Assembly (NCBI RefSeq): GCF_009914755.1 | Contig: NC_060929.1 | DNA from: the human T2T-CHM13v2.0 reference genome, Homo sapiens | Direction: 5' to 3' (one strand) | Length of the DNA: 64,000 nucleotides | In this document: positions 58,075-64,000 of the stretch, piece after piece | How the letters are laid out: every line of letters begins with the position of its first letter | How positions within the stretch are numbered: position 1 is the stretch's first letter | Translations under genes and position numbers: made by a program | The notes under the pieces: model-generated | Databases searched by the model: none | Seen by the model: the letters and a program-made list of their open reading frames with translations, nothing else | What the model was told of the DNA's origin: nothing

Positions 58075-58350
58075 TAATGTAGGAGTGTGGTTAAGAGAAT
58101 AGGCTTTGAAGTCAGAGCATTTGGATTTGCATTTTAGTGTGGATATTCACTAGCTGTGTGACCTTAGGCAAGTCTTTTGATCTCTCTAGTCTACAATTTA
58201 CTGAATGATTTGTATAACAGAAATATTAAGACCATCTCTCATAGAGACTCATTTTGAGAATCAAATTGAATTATTATGAAAATTACTTTTCACATTACTT
58301 GGCACCAAGTAAACACTCTAAGAATATTAAACACCATAGTTATTATCATT
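58075..58350 (+). mobile_element. MIR
   Basis: gtggttaagagaataggctttgaagtcaga...cactagctgtgtgaccttaggcaagt. Confidence 0.8.
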
Positions 58351-59781
58351 TAAAAAAACTGACATCATTATATGCACACATAGTTTGAAGTGGTTCATTC
58401 TGGCTAAAACAAAACACAAGAATATCAAAAATTATATAAAATATTGAATATAAAAACACAATATAAAGTATTTTCTTGTCATTAATTTATTATATTTTAT
58501 GGTAGTATGTGCATATATTAATGACATATCAGATGGAACACAATAAACACACCCATAATTAGAGTATCAATTGATGTTTTGGAGTATTAAAATATCATTA
58601 TTTTTAAACACTCACAATTTATGAAAAATATAGATGTCTTAAAGCAAATTACATGTATGTGTGTATGTATACATACATGCATATACATATTACAAGCTGA
58701 TATTCATAGAGAATCATCTAGTAAAATCTACCTTGTGAGTATTACATTTTAAAGAGAGAATCATAGTATAGGTATTTCCATTTCCATATACACACTATAG
58801 CCCCCAAATTATTTAATATTTATTTCTTTAAATGTTTGAAAACGCTGTGCAATTGTATCCTGTTTCATAGTCACATAACATTTTTTAATCTGAAGCAGAA
58901 TGTAATTGGCATTGCTCTGAGACTATTGTTCACATGATGAAGCTTCAGTGAATTTGTTTGCAAAACCAAAATCAGTAGAGTGATTTAGTTGTGTTTCATT
59001 AGATAAAGGATATAAATTTATTTTCAATTTGTAGAAGATCATAAAAGGACCTGCAACAGTTTAGCCAGGAGAACACTAAAAATTCAGATTTTTATAACTG
59101 TTGACTTTCATTAAAACAAGACAAAACTGTGGAATTGCATTGTAGATGAAGTAAAAGAATAATGTTTTCTAATCGTTAACTCAGGATTTCATTATTAATT
59201 ATAAATCTCATTAAATTCAGTTTTATTCTCCAAACCACTCAATAAATTAATTAATCAATGGATAAGTAAATAAAAATTGGGTAATGACACATAGGGAAGC
59301 TGTGATGTTTCTTCAGCGAATATCTTTAAGAATACATTGGCATTTATTATATCTGAACATAACAGGCAATTAACTACTGCCCAGAAACAGGGCTATCTTA
59401 ACATAATCTTCAAATCTCTCTTCCAAAAGTTTATCTCTAAAATCACTTCCCAGTTGACACTTGACCACAAAACTCAGAAGGTAACCAAGCCCAACCCCTA
59501 ATGTGGTCTTCAGTTTTATATTCCTTATTATTGCAATCACCTTATTTAAGTTTTAATCATTAAGCTGATTGCATTGCTGCACAAGGTCAAGAAGCACTTG
59601 TAGAATCAGAAACCCCAAAGTGGTTATGGACTGGCTACTCAGATTTTTTTCTTCACTTGCTCAGGCTCCGCCCCATCTGAAACGTCTTCTCTGCTAGGAA
59701 CTCACTAGGAGAAAATGACCAGTGAGCTTACCAAAGCTCAGACCTTATCCACCAGAAACATTGTATGGGGCACCTCACCTT

Positions 59782-59873
59782 TTCAGCACCTCCTGCCATA
59801 ACAGGACGGAAGTGCTGAAGGGACAGCTCCCAGTGTTTTAGGTCTTAGTAAGCGCTCCCAGGAAGACAGCACC
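59782..59873. promoter_or_regulatory. Cluster of REST/RE1 half-sites plus an ETS core
   Basis: TTCAGCACC 59782-59790, inverted AGTGCTGAA 59811-59819, GGACAGCTCC 59821-59830, AGACAGCACC 59864-59873; CGGAAGT at 59807-59813. Confidence 0.45.
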
Positions 59874-60019
59874 CATCCCCTCTCTGCTACAAACAGCCAT
59901 TCACAAAATCCGAGGAGGAAACCAAGTCATCCCTGATTCCTTGGAAATTTAGTTAGACTGATGTTGAAACACACCCCCCTTTCCTAGTGTATAATTATTT
60001 GTGGGTGGAGAGCTACCAG

Positions 60020-60302
60020 GGAGGGTAACAGAAGATGCCGGAGAAGGGGGGGGAAAAGTAGATGCGGATTTCGTCCTGACTTCTAAAAATTCCTCCTCTC
60101 CCTCTCCCATTTTCCTAATCCGAGAATGATGGAGCTCGAGGCAAAGGAATGATTCCGGAAATGGAGATATGATTCTCAAACCTAGAAATGATCGGAGTGA
60201 TTTATTAGTTAAATATTCTTCGTCCAGGAACCCAGCACAATTCAGAGGTAACAGCGCCTGCGTTTTCTCCATGATAACATAGACAAACAGTTGCCTCCAA
60301 AG
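60020..60302 (+). other. GABRA1: GABRA1 most upstream non-coding first exon with two alternative donors (60247 and 60302); start approximate
   Basis: Donors GAG|gtaaca (60247/60248) and AAG|gtaaaa (60302/60303). Local CpG enrichment; resembles the recalled GABRA1 long 5' UTR variants. Confidence 0.7.
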
Positions 60303-60859
60303 GTAAAAACCCGGTTCCGGAGGGTATTCTTGCTGTCCTCTAAGCTACAGAAGAAGGTGGGGTGGAAAGCGCTCCCAACCTGAGAAAGTGCGAAAGACTC
60401 TCTAAATCCAGTAGCCAATTTCCTACCTGCCAGAACTCTTTCCTACCATCCGTCACCATTCGTGACTCTGCAAGACACGGGGACTTAGACATATGTGTGG
60501 GAGTGTGTGTGTGAGGGAGAGAGGCGAGACGAGTGCTCTCCCCACACGTGTAACCCTGCATCTCCCAGTTTCAGAGCTTGCGTTCATTCATATGCAGGCA
60601 GTGGTTTAATATTTGATCAAAGGTAGAATAGTTGCACTAAATAGTTGTATTTTTAATGGGCTCACCTTAAAATCGGGTGTTCATAAATTGCAAGTGTGAA
60701 AAGACTCTAAGTGCAGTCCGTATGTCTCTCACCCTTTCTACCCTTCCCTCCCCCATTGCCGCTCCCCCCAAAAAGAGAAGCTTGCAGCAGATTGTAGAAG
60801 GATTTGAGCCTGCAGCTAGAGAGAAGGGGATTAGGGCCAGAGTGGTGCAAGTTAAATTG

Positions 60860-60990
60860 TGCTGCATATAAAAAATGGGCGGATTGGTCTCCAGATCCAG
60901 AGGCTGGTACCACCTTCCTTTCTAAAATAAAATCTCTCTGGCATGAAGTCACCGCCTATTTCACATCCGGTTTGCCCTGGGACGTATTAC
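60860..60990 (+). promoter_or_regulatory. GABRA1: GABRA1 proximal promoter: TATA-like box, GC box, inverted CCAAT, CRE-like and ETS sites
   Basis: TATAAAA 60867-60873, GGGCGG 60877-60882, ATTGG 60883-60887, TGAAGTCA 60944-60951 (1 mismatch to CRE), ACATCCGGT ~60963-60971 (ETS, minus strand), all directly upstream of the UTR exon. Confidence 0.65.
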
Positions 60991-61026
60991 TACTGTCTTG
61001 GTAAAGAGAAATCTTTTGTTGTATAG

Positions 61027-61258
61027 CTGCAGATTGGATATTGGGAAGCAAATTTGGGTGTGAAATCTTCAGCAAAGGAGCACGCAGAGTCCATGATGGC
61101 TCAGACCAAGTGAGTGAGAGGCAGAGCGAGGACGCCCCTCTGCTCTGGCGCGCCCGGACTCGGACTCGCAGACTCGCGCTGGCTCCAGTCTCTCCACGAT
61201 TCTCTCTCCCAGACTTTTCCCCGGTCTTAAGAGATCCTGTGTCCAGAGGGGGCCTTAG
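61027..61258 (+). other. GABRA1: GABRA1 5' UTR non-coding exon (internal exon, or first exon when transcription starts slightly upstream)
   Basis: Acceptor ttttgttgtatag|CTG at 61026/61027 and consensus donor TAG|gtaagt at 61258/61259. CpG-enriched; resembles the recalled GABRA1 mRNA leader. Confidence 0.85.
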
Positions 61259-61379
61259 GTAAGTGCGACTTTGGACCACGATACACAGACAGAGCTTTGA
61301 ACGTGGCTTTTCCTAGCTGGAGAGACAGGAATGTTATAGTCGGGGGGGGGGGCGGGGGGAGACGGGGGGAGAGAGAGAG

Positions 61380-61447
61380 AGAGAGAAGAAGGAGAGCGAG
61401 CGAGCGAGCAAGGGAGCGAGCAGGACAGGAGCCTGATCCCACAGCAG
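61380..61447 (+). other. GABRA1: Probable alternative GABRA1 first exon (GA/GAGC-rich); start approximate
   Basis: Donor CAG|gtagaa at 61447/61448 downstream of a G/GA-rich promoter-like tract. Confidence 0.5.
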
Positions 61448-61769
61448 GTAGAAACAACGAAATGTTTTTCTTTCAGGGTGAAACCGCAGCAATATAAGAG
61501 CATTATTATTATTTTTTTCCCGCTGTCTTTCTTCTTTTCTTCTCCTCTTTCTTAGGCATATTTGAATGTATTCCGCAGGGTGGGTGGTGGCATGTTGTTT
61601 TGGTCTTTTATTTATTTATTTATTTGCAAGGGGGAGCTGGGGTGAGTTGGGGAGGGGCGTCGGGGGCCATCATCTAAAGTTAAGACGCTGGGACGGAAAA
61701 CCTGTCTCACTGTTCCATCATCCTAGGGAAGGCACGCTCTTGTCCTGGCTGCAAAATTGCCTGTTTTTC

Positions 61770-61870
61770 CCTTTCCAGTGGACGCTGGTGAAATGCCCTC
61801 TTGTGTAGGGGTCTCTCCCATTCTGAACACGAAAACTCAACTTAGTCTTTGATATGGATGGCATGGGATG
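61770..61870 (+). other. GABRA1: Possible further alternative GABRA1 first exon; start approximate
   Basis: Donor ATG|gtaacg at 61870/61871 within the CpG-containing promoter zone. Confidence 0.4.
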
Positions 61871-62916
61871 GTAACGTTTGGAGCGTGTGTCTGGGGGAGG
61901 GGGAGGTTGAAGGTAGAAAGTGGTAAGACTGCAGCTTAGCCTTTCTTTTAAACTATTATGTTTGTATTTGCAAGAAACTTTCTTAACAACTGAAGTGCCA
62001 TGATAGGTTTGTTTTTCTCTTTTAAAAATGTCAGAAGAGGGCAAAAATCTATGGTGCCTTGTCAAATGGTTTTGCTGTGTTTTGTTTACCCATTCAGATA
62101 TTCAATCTTTTTAAAAAGATCAACAAAAATTAATAGGGCTAAGAAAAGTTGTTTTTCCCTTGTAACAAACGATGAAGATTAGTAAAAGGGTAAATTAAAA
62201 TTTTGCAATTTAGATGTAGCATTTTAACATAATATTTATCCAAGATTTCTTGTCATAGTCAACTAATCTGTTTCAAAACCAGTCACTAAATTACTAAATT
62301 AAGGAAAAGCTATGACGAGGCTCAGAGTTCTTATCTCTAGACCATTTCGCTCTAAACATATTATGTTTCATTGCTTACAAGCCTGTTTGTAATGGTTTTT
62401 AGTGATTTAAATGATTTCCCGAGACTGCAGAAAGCATTTTGTAGATGTATTTAAAGGCATACCACATTAAACTATAGAGGGTTTAATGAAAAAGAAGCTT
62501 TAAAAGATTGCAGTCTATTAATCACTTACCCTACAAAGAAATATAGATTAAATACTTTGAACATTCCTTATATTATGACTGGAATTAATTACAGCACATT
62601 AAAATGTTACCATAGCTGCTCCTTATCCAGGTAGTGCATTGAATTTCGAAAACTGACTCCACACATAGACTATATACATTTTTAATTCTCTAAGCTTTCT
62701 GTACTCTTCCAGTTCTCCAACATTCCACTACCAAGTCTAAATTCAACAATCAGATGGTGATTGATTGCACTTTACCTAAGAGGTAAAAAGATCCCTTTAT
62801 TCATGCAAAGCAAAGCACTCCAGCTTCCATCTGTTTGAGATGAAACATTTTCTAGCAGCAACCTGGCAGAATTTGAGAGGGCTTGAAAGATATGTGTGGG
62901 CATGTTTGTGTGCATT

Positions 62917-62942
62917 TGTGTGTGTGTGTGTGTGTGTGTGTG
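62917..62942 (+). repeat. (TG)13 microsatellite in the GABRA1 intron upstream of the first coding exon
   Basis: Directly visible. Confidence 0.95.
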
Positions 62943-63645
62943 GTTTGTATGTGAGAGAGATCAGCACATGGCTTGACTATAAAGTGTGTCCTTTAGCTTC
63001 ACAGAAACATTAGGAAGCATGTTTAACAAAGCAGTCACAGGAACAGAATAAAAGCACGACTCCGGCATTCAACAGTGTGTTTCCTATGTTTTTAAATAGA
63101 AATAAATACAGTTGCTTCTGAAATCAAGGTACCTGCAGAATTCAAAGAGGAATTCAGCCATCACAACATGTTAACCTATCCCCTCCAATCCCTAAATATG
63201 TTCTTCCTGTTAGAGACACCAGCTTAAAAATTTTAATGCACAGTTCACTGTGGAAACTGAAATCTTAAAAGTCCAAATATTTAGATGATAAACAACAAGA
63301 AGAGAATAAACCAAACTATATTCTAAATATAAAACCTAGAGATAAACAACTCACAGTTTTTATGTTGAGCAATACTGTCACCTGAAAGCGTTTCAGCTTG
63401 TATTCTTTTACAGGAGAATAAGGACACTGATATATTTCTGAATGGAGAAATGGAAGGGAAAGTGGAGAATGGATGGTCCAGGTTTCCATTGCTTCCAATG
63501 AGGTGTCATATCCCAGTGAGGTCATTTCCTGACTTCAAAGCATTCATCTAAACTGCCTCAGTCAGCCCTGGTGGTTATAACCTGATGTTTCTTGCTAGAG
63601 ACATTGATCTCTACTTATTCTACTTTTCAGCTGCTCCAGCCCGCG

Positions 63646-63719
63646 ATGAGGAAAAGTCCAGGTCTGTCTGACTGTCTTTGGGCCTGGATCCTCCTTCTGA
63701 GCACACTGACTGGAAGAAG
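63646..63719 (+). CDS. GABRA1: GABA-A receptor alpha-1 subunit, first coding exon (signal peptide); exon spans 63631-63719 and the CDS continues beyond the window
   Basis: Translates to [24 protein letters not shown](S), the known human GABRA1 N-terminus. Acceptor tacttttcag|CTG at 63630/63631, ATG at 63646, donor AG|gtgggg at 63719/63720 (74 coding nt, phase 2). Confidence 0.97.
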
Positions 63720-64000
63720 GTGGGGACACTTTTTTAAAAATCTGCATGAAAATTTCTGTAACTTTTCATTTATTTTATCGGGGGAAGAAAATTGTCCTCA
63801 AATGAATTTATGACTAAGGGAATTCAGAAAACTTAACTGCAATAATTTCCAGCTAAGAATAAAGAGGAGCAGTATGAAACAAATCATTATGTTTGCACGT
63901 TAGTTAGAATACAATTAACAAGCCATTGTTAAGACATGTATTAATTCAACATTTAAGTCTTAGATTGAACTTCTCACTGTTCAGTTGGAACTGAACAAAA

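Noticed and set aside
59949-62065. Antisense ORFs of 66-115 aa over the promoter
   Set aside because: Expected in GC-richer sequence; no recognisable protein similarity or splice structure.
63592-63813. 73-aa ORF containing MRKSPGLSD...
   Set aside because: Only 63646-63719 is coding; the flanks are UTR or intron read-through past the splice sites.

Overview
Human (primate) AT-rich genomic DNA. The first ~59.5 kb is non-coding and dense in repeats: 11 full or near-full Alus plus a monomer, L1 3' fragments, L2, MIR, MLT1/ERVL LTRs and microsatellites. The last ~4.5 kb is the 5' end of GABRA1 (GABA-A receptor alpha-1, + strand), recognised from the signal-peptide exon [24 protein letters not shown](S) at 63646-63719, preceded by several alternative non-coding exons and a promoter. 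The other ORF-track entries look like chance, repeat-derived or low-complexity ORFs. I found no convincing new biological system. The most interesting observations are a ~590-bp polyadenylated, retrocopy-like insert (carrying its own Alu and a MER1 end) that splits a MIR; a young AluYb8 with a perfect TSD; a cluster of non-canonically arranged REST/RE1 half-sites upstream of GABRA1; and uORF and alternative-splice architecture in the GABRA1 5' leader. Repeat subfamily calls and old-repeat boundaries are by eye and approximate.
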